64,000 bases of DNA, from positions 62,001-126,000 of the forward strand of contig NW_026856059.1 of the NCBI RefSeq assembly GCF_026571515.1. The letters are read 5' to 3'. The first letter of the stretch is position 1; every line of letters begins with the position of its first letter. Under the pieces are notes generated by a model, which was given only the letters and a program-made list of their open reading frames with translations, searched no databases and was not told where the DNA came from. Shown in pieces: positions 40,649 to 52,070 of the stretch. The stretch comes from Ruditapes philippinarum (taxonomy: Eukaryota). Made by a program: the position numbers and the translations under genes.

Positions 40649-42183
40649 TATGTAATTGTTGAAAGGAGAAATGATAATAATTGGTAAGTTGTAATCAACA
40701 AATATTTACAAATATGCAAGATTTCTATGAATGTCATGACTGCTACACTGATCTTCAAGGATAGTGAAGAAAAAAAGAAAAATATATATTAACTTTTACA
40801 ATGTTATACATGTATGTGAAATATATAATTAAGCAAATTATCGAATTAAACAGTGTTCATTATGACTGTAAACTTTATTATAATGATGTGTGTGCAGTAA
40901 GATTTTATCTTCCTATATAAAGAATATAAAAAAGAGAAGGGGAAATATAATGATTAAATCCATTTGCATAATAAGGCAAAAACACAAGTATTGGATAAAC
41001 GCATTAATATCAGCAAAGAAGTCCATAATTTGTCAGTAGTACATTTGTTCTAGTATAAACGCAAAATGACCTATAAGCACATAAATATTTACACATTAAT
41101 TATACTTACAATCATAGTTAATATACATTCAAAGTAATGCAGGTATATATCGGCTACCAAGGTAAAATTACAAGTGTATTAATTATACAAGAACATAAAC
41201 AGAAATAGCATACTATGGAAAACAAAAGTATTTTCAGTAATAAAACATCTCTTTAAATAAGTTTATACAATTTAACTTAGGCGAGTGCCAATTCTGATAA
41301 ACTTAATGACTATTCTTCATTGAACTATTAAATATCGATCAATTATATACTATGCACTTTAATTATTATAAAAAGAGAGATTGATATTACTTGAGTATTA
41401 TAATTATTATAACGTTGATGTCAACATGTCAAATAACGCATGAAAACACAACAACGGGCATATTCGACTATCTGAAGCCGCGGTAGTACTTGATGATAGA
41501 GATATACAATATTTATTTTAATTTGATAAGATTTAATAATCAACTATCTATCATAATTTATTAGATTTTTAAAAAAGAGAAGCGAGACCTGGTAATGTTA
41601 ATGGTATAGGTATACAATGTATTTGTTACAGATAATAATAAATAAAATTGTTCTACTAAGATAATATATCAATTACTTTGTGGAATGTTTTACAGACATA
41701 ATGTCATAAATTATTACGCGCGAAGAGCAAGAATTTAGATCATGAAGATATATATAACAGTCCGATACATTAAGAAACGAAAAAAACCGTGATATGTGAT
41801 CAGTCAAATCATAAGTACCGTTAAATTGTTAAAGTTTTCCCGTTTAAGTTATTTGCCTACAATAAGTAGGTCGAAAAAGTATGTTATGATTCAATACAAA
41901 CTACTAACACTAAAGTATTACAGTAGATCACAGATGTTATAGACCGTAAATCGTATGAAATAAGGTTATATAATTCATATAACAATGTAGCACATATAAC
42001 AGTCTTCACATTTCTCAATATTACTACATGCAATAAAACAACAACAACGACTGTTATATCATGTTCTAATCACTGAATGTAAATTGTATGACAAATAACA
42101 GTTATTAAAGTAGCATATCAATGAGTATTTTAGTATATACATGAATGTTGTCTTAATGAACTCTCATAATATGAGTTACATTA

Positions 42184-42762
42184 TTAACTGCCAGAAGTTC
42201 CCGAGGTTAGAACCACTTCTGCATATGTATGTGTCTTAATGTGCGCTAGATCCTCTTCTGAGTTTATCACGTGCACTTGATTGAATTTATCTTTAGCCAG
42301 GATAGTACCATCAGAAGACCACGTGCTAAGTATCGACTTATGCTTGACCAGCTGTCGTGCTTCGAAGAGTAGTGAGCTTCGCTTTTTTGTAAGATCTTCA
42401 TTAATATAGGAATTCTTATACCCTTTTGATTTAAGTGAAGCTCTTTTAGAGTAAAGTTTTTGTCGAGCTCTATATGAGACGAATTTAACAATAATGTCTC
42501 TAGGACGTGTTTCATGGGCCTTCGGTGTTCCAACCCTGTGACTTCGATCAATTTCGTCTAAGGCAAGATTCGAGCCAATAGTATTTGCCATGTCCAGTAT
42601 AAGTGAATCGGTATTTTCTCCCGGTTTTTCTGGCAGGCCTGATACACGCAGACAGTTGCGTCGGCTATATTGCTGGGCACGATCCGCATCATTTTCCAGT
42701 TGAGTGACCCTTTTTCGCAATGTAGTGTTTTCAGCCTCGACGAGTTCGAGCCGATTGGCCAT
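42184..42762 (-). CDS. LINE ORF1 C-terminal part (coiled coil + RRM/CTD, L1-ORF1-like)
   Basis: Coiled coil followed by QQYSRRNCLRVSGLPE..IDRSHRVG..PRDIIVKF..YINEDLT..WSSDGTI, a typical invertebrate LINE ORF1 pattern. It lies on the same strand, upstream of ORF2. Confidence 0.8.
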   Translation of the reverse strand: MANRLELVEAENTTLRKRVTQLENDADRAQQYSRRNCLRVSGLPEKPGENTDSLILDMANTIGSNLALDEIDRSHRVGTPKAHETRPRDIIVKFVSYRARQKLYSKRASLKSKGYKNSYINEDLTKKRSSLLFEARQLVKHKSILSTWSSDGTILAKDKFNQVHVINSEEDLAHIKTHTYAEVVLTSGTSGS

Positions 42763-43346
42763 TTCCGTTTGAATATTGTTAGTAGGCTTTTCACCTTTCT
42801 ATAACTATAATTTTGATAGTGGAGTTTTTTTATTATTATTTAATTTCATCGATGGTTTTGTATTTGGTACCTTATAGGAAGCCTTAGAATGTTGAATTAT
42901 TTTTTTTCAGGGTTGTAGTAGGGGTCCAGGGGCAGATAGGGGTGGGGTGTCCAAACAATGATACTGCCACCTGTGCTTTGACCGACATTATCAATCACTG
43001 TATGGTGACATGAACACGCTGTTATTTCACACAGTCGAACGTATTTCGCGATGTTTTTTTTTTTTTAATCCGGGGTTTATATAACTAAGCGATTACACGA
43101 ACTTAGCAATCACCCCACGCACATTCCATCACGATACATAATTCTATTCTGATAATAAATAGGCGTTTTATATTTCAGTGTTGGCAAAATAATCACTAAA
43201 TGATTCTCTATGAATATTTATTATCTTTATTGTTAAATATAAATGCTTATAAAGGCCGAATCATTTCATACTTACTGAATAAATACTTAGCAACTATATA
43301 CTTTCATAACAATAGACTCTCTTTATATAATTATATAAAAGTAAAG

Positions 43347-43621
43347 ATGATTTTATGTTTTGTGTTTGGACTTGTATTGTTTGGAAGGACACTTTTGGCA
43401 AGCCAGGAAGAGCCGGTTTGTACTTCAAGATTTGACTATGATCATAAAATGTTACAGAAAATGGTCATGTTGGAAATAGAACAGAGAAATACTAAGATTG
43501 CTTTAGAGGAGATAAAGACAACGTTATCAAAACAAACAGGTAAGAAACCGGCATATATATCACTCATAATAAGTTTGTTATTTTTAATTATAATTTCTAG
43601 ATTGGATATCCTTGTTATTAT

Positions 43622-43657
<36 letters not shown>

Positions 43658-45246
43658 ACTTTTGATTTACCTACTTAAACTCGTGCGCAAAAACGTTGTT
43701 GCGTTTTGTTCCTCCTTATGGCATTTTGCTCTATTAAAATATCATAACAGAACTAAAAAAAATTTAATTAATTACTTTCAAGTCCGCAACCAGTATTGGC
43801 GTGACCAACTTGACTTTACTTTACTTCCCATGCATAGTTTATTCATCATTTTATTATATGGAGACATATTCAGAAAGAATTTCATACATTTCAATAAAGT
43901 TCCGTGAATAAATTTTAATCAATGATGAGCATGGTAAATCTTTCAATAAAACTATTTTTGTCAATTGTCACGTAGTGTTTTCGAAATGTTGAGTATCATA
44001 ACTGTGGTACTTTTGGCATTCAAAAGATTGTCCTAGTGTGTGTATAATATGAATATATAAACGTACATGATTTATCATTTTGTGTTTAATCTACATGTAT
44101 TATGACTGTACCTATGACTTTTACTACTAAACTGCATCTGAATGATATAGTCTCACAAAATTCAAGAATAACTTTTAAATGTCAAACACACGATTAACAA
44201 AAATAATTCCTTAAAAACTTAAAGATATACTATGCTCATCTTTGTGTAAAATATTTTTATCTTAGAAATGTATTGAAATCAATGAAATTCTTACTGAATA
44301 TGTTAAATTTGAATTAAATAATGAAGAAACTATGTATGGGAAGCAGCATTCCTTATTACGGGTCAATTAAAGTTGGTATTTTCTTTAAAGAAAACTGCCA
44401 GTTTTTTTTAATGACACTATATATTCATATTGTGACCACCTGTAGTGTGTAGAGTTCAAAACATAACATATCTACTTTAAATTAAGCCGAAACCTGTTTA
44501 TTTTATACATACAAAGAGACTTTGTAGCAATTATCAATATCTTTAAAAATCAAATTTGAGCATAGTATATCTTTAAAAGAAAACAAAAATTAAAATATTA
44601 AATGTTTCCAGACGGAAGCAGGCAGGAGAAGTTATTGCTGGCAAACATTGAGGAAAAGATAAAAGAAGTTGAAACAGCTACTTCAGTTCTTCGATCGGGA
44701 AATACGTACGTGCGTTGGGGAAGAACACAATGTCCAGAAAATGGAACAGAGTTGGTTTACAAAGGTTACGCTGGTGGTTCCCACTTTAATAATAAAGGAG
44801 CTTCCGCCAACTATTTATGTCTACCGGAACAACCGTTGTGGAATGTATACGAAGACGCTGAGCAGACTGCAAGCACTGTCTATGGAGCAGAATATGAATT
44901 GTATGGTAGAAATATGAATAATTTCTTCGGAAAAGGAGTGGCAGATCATAACGTTCCATGTTGTGTATGTCGTACGAACAGGGCAAGCATTCTAATGATC
45001 CCAGGCCGGAATAAATGCTATGATGGATGGACATTGGAATATGAAGGTTACCTATCGAGTGGTCATTACAGTCACGAAGCATCATCTGAATTTGTTTGTC
45101 TTGACGCAAAACCAGAGATCATAAATGGTGGTAGTGCTGATGAAAATGGAAAACTATTTTATTTTGTTGAAGCGCGCTGTGGATCGTTACGATGTCCACC
45201 ATATGTGAACGGACGCGAACTTACATGTGTCGTCTGCTCTAAATAA
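43347..45246 (+). CDS. Secreted C4/spongin-like domain protein, copy 6, inverted (exons 43347-43539, 44612-45246; 275 aa)
   Basis: ATG at 43347 gives MILCFVFGLVLFGRTLLASQEEPVCTSRFDY. Donor ACAG|GTAAG and acceptor TTTCCAG| give an in-frame phase-1 join; the domain is intact. Confidence 0.92.
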
Positions 45247-46060
45247 GTTCTATATATATTACAAGAAAAGCATTAATGCAAAGCATCAAAGGGCGTCCAA
45301 GCAAGAAATGCAGAAAGTGTCCCTTATTATGTTATCGCTATTCGCTATTAGCGAAGACCCCCTCTTAAGGTATCTGTTCACACTTAGTAAAAATATGACA
45401 CTGGTTATATTACCATGTTGATCATGTTGAGCATGTTGTTTATTATACAATAATTGTAATATCTATTTTATTATAAAAAATACAGATTTTATGAATATTG
45501 TTTTCCTCTCTTTTTTGTGTTTTATGTGCTATTTTAATACTGAGTTTTTTACGTTTACTACTCTTTTTTTATTAAAATTGTAAAATAAATTTTAAGAATT
45601 CAATTGTCATATTGACCGACGATTATAAGTCAAAACTTAACTGGAAAAAGTCAGTAAATTATGGTTAATCTTTCAATATATAATATTGTTTATTTTTAAA
45701 CCATGTACATGTACATTTGTATTTTTCTTTATCATTTTTTAAAATATCAATCCATTGTAAAATTCATAAAATCTAATTTGTAACTTTGAAAAATTCCTCG
45801 GCATCTTTACTAAACACGAATAACAAATTAAATAAAATGTTTCAAAGTTGATAGTGTCATATTAATACCATAAAAATGTACCTTTTTGCTCAATTATTGT
45901 ACATATTTATTGTTTTTATCTCATATAGAGTTACAAACTAAGTGACAAACATTTATTTTGGAAAAAAGCTTATTTATCTGTAAAAAATTGGTTCTTTTCT
46001 GAAACGATATCAAACATCTACTCCAAAACCGGGAGAGACCGGACAATAAACGTGTGATTC

Positions 46061-46709
46061 GGGGGCAGGGGACCTAAAAATGAACAATTTTGTATTTCAG
46101 TGTGACCAGAAACACAATTCCAAATATTTCAAAATCTGGTTCACAGGCAGATAACCAGTTGCACAGCATTATTCAATGATGTATGACATACATTGAAGAA
46201 AATAATAGTTTGCATGCATTGCTCCTTCAAAAAATGACTGACAGCAATTTATATTTACCCCCACCCAGCCAAAATCACACCGAAAATATACCAATATGGG
46301 CAATCTTCATGAAGGTGCAGCATACTCCAGAATCCGCCCGATTCCTTAAAAAATATCAGTAACACGCAGTGCAAGCTATGGCATTTTCAGAAATGACCAA
46401 TAAAGTGTCTGTCATACGTTTAGATTTTTCACAAAATTTATCTAAAATTTCTTACTTGTTTGGCGCCAACTGTCAAAGCTTGATTTTTAACTTTTTCACC
46501 TCCATTCGGAGAGTCAGAAATACATATAAAGCTACCAAAATGCTTAGTTTCGGGTAAAAACCCAAAAATACTTCTCATTTCCTACACACAAACAAGAAAG
46601 AATTACAATGACAGAGAAATATCAGAAGTTATCAGTACCTTCAAAACACCATGTCTTAGTTATGAAAAAATTTGACCGGGGCCATCATTCGAATATGTCC
46701 CCTGCCCCC
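46061..46709. mobile_element. MITE with 13-bp perfect TIR and 3-bp TSD (PIF/Harbinger-like)
   Basis: TTC|GGGGGCAGGGGAC ... GTCCCCTGCCCCC|TTC. Confidence 0.75.
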
Positions 46710-47632
46710 TTCTATTCGCCGGTCACTAGTAAATATCGGTCAAAATAGACCGGGAGAGACCGGGAATTAACGATAGGAGTACATCCTTCTATAAATAGAT
46801 TTTCGGAATGTTTAGGTAGACAGTAGACATTTAGGTCATCAACTTATCATTCTATGTACTACAAAATGATAAATAAAAAAAAAACTGAAGAGAAAAGGTT
46901 ATTTCATTTGAAAATGTCACTCGGAACTGCCTCGGCTATTATCTATAATAACCTCGGAAACAATACGGATTGAAAGTAGTTCTACAACGTGATTTACAGA
47001 TGTAAACAGAAACAGAGATAATATAAAACGAATTCATATATTTGAAATCTAATGTCTTTTCCGGTACTCTTCTGCTTGAAAATATGTCTGACAACAATTT
47101 GTAATTTAAATATGCCCACTGATGTTCAATTTTAAACAAATCCGACTAAATGTAAACAGGTTGGTTTTTTGTACTTTCGGTTTCTTCAGCCATAATAATA
47201 AATATATAAATAATGTATTGTTTGCTATTGTACCTATGAATTCACTTATTTTAGGTGAACTTTTACTACATATATTGGAAACAAACTTGTCAAAAACTCC
47301 CAGCATTAAATTACTATTTGTTTACATGTTCAGTTTCTTAGCGTAAGTTAGACCGGAATACCGCATCCGTTCTGTGTATTCATACTATTGTGTTCGAGGT
47401 CCTTATCCGAAGACTTACGGAAAGGGCCGAGTAGTTGCGATTGTTGAAAATGTTTGCATTGCGAAATTCTCCAGTTCGCTATTAATTGTACATATCGCGA
47501 CATTTCATTTTTAATTAATAATAATCAAGCACCCTCATACCGATCGGAATGATCGGCTTTTATTATTACCGACTAAAAGGCTCGAGAAGTTGCTATCGCC
47601 CTTTCACAAAATCTGATTTCATTCCATAAAGG

Positions 47633-47657
47633 GGCGCCGCGCTTCGGCGCGGACGCC
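47633..47657 (+). other. GC-rich stem-loop, probable 3' hairpin of a rolling-circle element remnant
   Basis: GGCG-CCGCGC-TTCG-GCGCGG-A-CGCC in an AT-rich context. Confidence 0.45.
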
Positions 47658-48637
47658 AATCATTATTATAGAACGAGTGGAGAAAATTTGTCTAATCAAA
47701 ACATTAAAATTTACAACAACATCGATATTAACTCACAAACCTTTTGGAACATGGGTATTCCTGAAGAAAAGTGAAATGTGTACTACAATATAAACAATCG
47801 AACATGTTGGTTATAGTCAAAAGCTGCCATCAATATGGTTGAGATTTAATTGTGTTTATCGATATTTCTTGAACAACGTGTAGTTTGAAGTTATATCTTA
47901 ATTAAGAACATGTTTTTTGTTAATCATATCTGAAAGACAATAAAATAATACGTCTACAATATATCGGATTTATTTGTAGCTAGATTGACTTTGTAGTCAA
48001 AACATAGCGTATTGCATGTGTGTCATACACGAACGACAATTTCAGCTAAACCCGCCATTTCTTAATCTATAAGTAAAATGTACATATAAATTTTAAGTAC
48101 ATGATTATACTTCAACATTAAAGTCGGATTTTCAAAAAGAAATGTATTCATCTAAAATACGTGTGGATTTATGTTTTAACATGACGAAATTATGACTTTA
48201 TGAGGTCAAAAAAGTCTAAGATATCAGAGATAAGATATACAGAAACTACGAAAAGGCGTGAAATAGACAGAAAAATTGTTGATTTCTTTGTAGTAGAGTT
48301 ACATCCTTTATTTATCTAGTTTTATTTTATTTACCATCTTTTTAAACCCATTTTTTTAATCTTAACCCCCGTTTGTTTCTTCTTTTTTCAAATAAAACAG
48401 TTGCGTTATACTCATTGCCGCGTTACTTATGAAAAATGATCGTTGAGTCGGTATTTCAATCTTACAATGAAAGGGAAAAATAATTACGTACATGTTAATA
48501 AGGTAAAACATCATGGTATCTATACGGCGTGAGTTTCTGTGATGTGCGTTTGGGCAGAAAACTAAAACAACAGGTGGTTCAGGTAATAATATTTCTACGG
48601 AATACCGTTAGGGCCATCGTGGTTATACGTTAAAATA

Positions 48638-48882
48638 CAGAAGGCGACAATGCGAGAGTGCGACAGTGCGATGACGACAATACGACAGTGCGATAACGAC
48701 AATGCGACAGTGCGATGACGACAATGCGACAGTGCGATGGCGACAATGCGATAACGCGATAGTACGATGACGACAGAGCGATATTGTCGTCATCGCATTG
48801 TCGCACTGTCGCATTGTCGCACTGTCGTCATCGCATTGTCGTCATCGCGTTATCGCATTGTCGACTCGACTCTCGCCTTCTG
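48638..48882. mobile_element. Foldback-like element built from inverted arrays of short repeats
   Basis: Ends are cagaaggcga / tcgccttctg. The left arm is (gcgacaat/gcgatgac)n and flips at ~48783 to its complement (attgtcgc/gtcatcgc)n. Confidence 0.75.
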
Positions 48883-49310
48883 GTGGACGGTTCTAAACTG
48901 CTGGCGAATAAGCTGTCGGTATAGAATATGGGCTTATTTTACTTTTGTCAATATTTTTTTTCTTCTTGTTTTTTTCTTTTTCTTTTTATTATTTATTTGT
49001 TTGTTTTTTTTCTGTATACTAATAATGTTTAAATGAAATCATAAATTAATAATAAGAATCATTTTGTATATAAATACTGAAAGAGTTATACATAGACGGA
49101 AAATGTAATAAATTGTGTGAAACTTTAATATACAATGTACAATGTAATAGAAATATTTCAGATGAAAATGATCTTATGTTGACATTAAAAAGATGCAAAA
49201 AAATTAAAATCATTGTTTATTACTTGTATAAAAAAGACAAACAAATTATATTCATTATTTATGTCAACATAAGATCATTTTCATGTGAAATATTTCAATT
49301 ACATTGTATA

Positions 49311-49359
49311 TGAGTGAGTGAGTGAGTGAGTGAGTGAGTGAGTGAGTGAGTGAGTGAGT
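49311..49359. repeat. (GAGT)n microsatellite
   Basis: Seen directly. Confidence 0.95.
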
Positions 49360-49399
49360 ACTCTATCATCCGCTACACTCTATTTTACTTTAATTTATA

Positions 49400-50404
49400 C
49401 CCCGGTCACATATTCACGGAATACGACCACGGAAGAGCCACGGATTAAGTCCGGCATCGTCCGTAGCTACCCGTACTGGTCAGTAGCTCTCCGTAGTGTA
49501 GCCGTAATCAATCGTAGTAGTCCTTGTATATCCGTAGCGATCCTTGACAATTTTTGAACATGCACAAACATTTGCTACGGAAAAATCAATCGTAACGTAT
49601 CCCTTCAAGTCCGTATTAAACCGTACTGATAAGTACTGGTCCGTACGAAAACCGTACTAGTCCGTACTGATTCGTTGGCCCCAACTTGTCAAGGATTTCT
49701 ACGGTTTAATACGGAGAACTACGTATTTGTACGGTTAACCTACGTATTAGCTACGGTTTTAATACGGATTTATACGGCATTGTCACGGAATGGCACGATT
49801 GTAATACGTTGTACTACGGGGAGGCAGGGATTAGCACGGTCTTATACGGTTTATTGCGTTGCAACACAAAACGGCACGGAATGGTACGGTCCACCACTGT
49901 TTAGTACGATAAATAAAGTATCATGTACTTTTTCAAGGGTATAAATACTATCTTTTTGTTAAAAACAGACATTTTTGCCTTTTCATGTTGCGAACATCAT
50001 CATGAACATTCAAAAAAAAAGATATTTGCCATTAACTGACTGTAACTGTATATTGATATGGCGCAGAATGCGGAGGCAGTATCGAGCTGCTTGATGACAT
50101 GCATAGAGGTATAAAATATATTAATATTGTACTACAATGCATTAGTAATAGAATAACATTTAAGGTTTCATATTTTACAAAACATTGGATCGTGAAATTG
50201 GAATATATGTGAACATGAAACGTAGTGTCTCCTAAGCCTCGGACGCTGGCCCTTATGTGATAATAAGATTAGTTAACGTACTCATACCGTTGTGTTTCCG
50301 TACCGGAACCGTAGCGGACAACGGAATTTCAAATTTCCGTAGTAATCCGTGAACGATTAGACCGTAGCTCTTCCGTGGCGTTATCCGTGAATATGTGACC
50401 GGGT
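49400..50404. mobile_element. Non-autonomous DNA transposon (~1 kb, Harbinger-like ends)
   Basis: TIR cccggtcacatattcacgga..ccacggaagagc / gctcttccgtgg..tccgtgaatatgtgaccggg; the interior is rich in ccgta/tacgg motifs in opposite orientations. Confidence 0.8.
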
Positions 50405-50407
50405 CAT

Positions 50408-50515
50408 TACCTTACCTTGCCTTACCTTACCTTATTTTACTTTACTTTACTTTACTTTACTTTACTTTACTTTATTTTCTTTACTTTACTTTACTTTACT
50501 TTACTTTACTTTACT
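50408..50515. repeat. (TTTAC)n/(CTTAC)n microsatellite
   Basis: Seen directly. Confidence 0.95.
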
Positions 50516-51408
50516 CAACGACTCAAAGTATTTTAAGTTAGATTATCAGCGCATTAAACTTACATGATAAATTTACGCTCGTTTTAACGGACTGTCAACT
50601 CTTTGAAAACGTTTTGTTCACACAATTATCTGGTCTATGACTTTAGTCTTGATTTTATTCTATTAGACATAATTAAAATTAATTTGCCGTAAACTTTGCA
50701 GTATTCCGTTACAACTGAGATTTCATTGCGACAAATTGACCGTAATCAATCCATTGTACATTTATAGGATATTCTGTAATTTTATACCATATTGTTCTTT
50801 AATGTTTAATAAATACTTGTGACCTCTTAAGAAAAAGAAAATATTAAAGATTGTATTAATCCGCTTTTATTTCGCTTAAACGCAGGCCTTTTAATCTTAA
50901 GTCAACCGCTATAAACTCTAATTACATGTACATGTAGAACGGCATGTTTTGCACACACTTTTGGATTATTGGAAGACAAAAGTTGAATTCATATCGCACA
51001 TATGTGGGAGAGTTAGAAATTAGTTTAAAAAATATTATCATGGAAATATCAGCTTTATGATTATTACGTAAGTATTTCTTAATTGAAATTTTAATTAAAT
51101 TTTGTTTCCAGATGTGTGTTTAATTTTATTACAATTTTAGTTTATACTGAATGAAACTATTAGAGTACTGCCATGCGTTAATCACATATTTAGAGGTAAT
51201 GACATCATGAGTTTTTTCTTTCAATAAGCTTCGACACATAGGACCTATCATAGAACCTAAATCAGATAAACACTGAAAAAAGATACAAAAAAGTAATTTT
51301 GCTGCATAAGTAGTATAGATTAAAATTGATATCTATATCGTAAAATCTAAACCATATATAAAGACCATTTGTAGCTAAAATAACTAAAATGATTTTGAAA
51401 AAAAATGT

Positions 51409-51481
51409 TGCACCGAAACCGGGACTAGAACCCGAACCCTCGGGAATACCTTCCGCCGCCATACAGACGAGCTATCCGGCC
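51409..51481 (-). mobile_element. tRNA-derived sequence (SINE head or tRNA pseudogene)
   Basis: The minus strand reads GGCCGGATAGCTCGTCTG...GGGTTCTAGTCCCGGTTTCGGTGCA, with A-box-like and B-box-like motifs, partial acceptor pairing and a downstream T run. The D and anticodon arms are poor. Confidence 0.55.
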
Positions 51482-51549
51482 ACACACACCCTTTCCCCCC
51501 CTTAGTGAAACAGTATGAAACCGTGACATAAGTTGTCACGCTGAATACC

Positions 51550-52070
51550 TTTAGACGTTTCATTCATCATTTAAGATGTGCTCTTTATTATTTAGATGTT
51601 CCATTCATCATTTCACATGTCACTTCAGACATTACATTCATCATTTCACATGCTCCTTTCATCGTTTCTGATGTGCCTTTTATTATTTCAGATGTGCTTT
51701 TTTATTATTTCAGATGTGTGTTCCATTCCCTAGTTTAGATGTTCCTTTTATCGTTTCAGATGTGCCTTTTATCATTTCAGATGTTTTATTCATCACTTCA
51801 TCTGACACTTCAGACATTACATTCGCCAATTCCTGTCATCGTAGTAGATTTGCCTTTACTTATTTCACATGTTCCTTTCATCATTTTAGATGTTTTATTC
51901 ATCATTTCAAATGTCATTTCAGACATAACATTCATCATTTCACATGTTTCTTTTATCGTTTCAAATTTGCATTTCAGTTGTTTCATTCATCGTTGTATAT
52001 GTACCTTCATCATTTCAGATGTTCCATTCATGATTTTAGATGTTCCATTTATCATTTCGTGCATTTCTTA
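51550..52070. repeat. Degenerate ~21-bp tandem repeat (ttcattcatcatttcagatgt-like)
   Basis: atcatttcagatgt / tcgtttcagatgt recur at about 21-bp spacing. Confidence 0.8.

Larger units (their letters stand above)
36810..42790 (-). mobile_element. CR1-group non-LTR retrotransposon (LINE), near full length, ORF2 disrupted
   Basis: ORF1 at 42762-42184; ORF2 pieces over 40648-37168 with AP endonuclease and RT; the 3' end is AATAAAATATGTTTAAACC at ~36832-36814. Confidence 0.9.

Noticed and set aside
43200-43346. 49-aa N-terminal extension of copy 6
   Set aside because: AT-rich and not shared by paralogues; the ATG at 43347 gives a normal signal peptide, although an upstream start cannot be fully excluded.
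1073-45246. Calling the cluster true collagens
   Set aside because: There is no Gly-X-Y repeat in exons or introns; only the non-collagenous domain is shared.
51409-51481. Functional tRNA gene
   Set aside because: The D arm and anticodon stem do not fold convincingly and no anticodon can be assigned.
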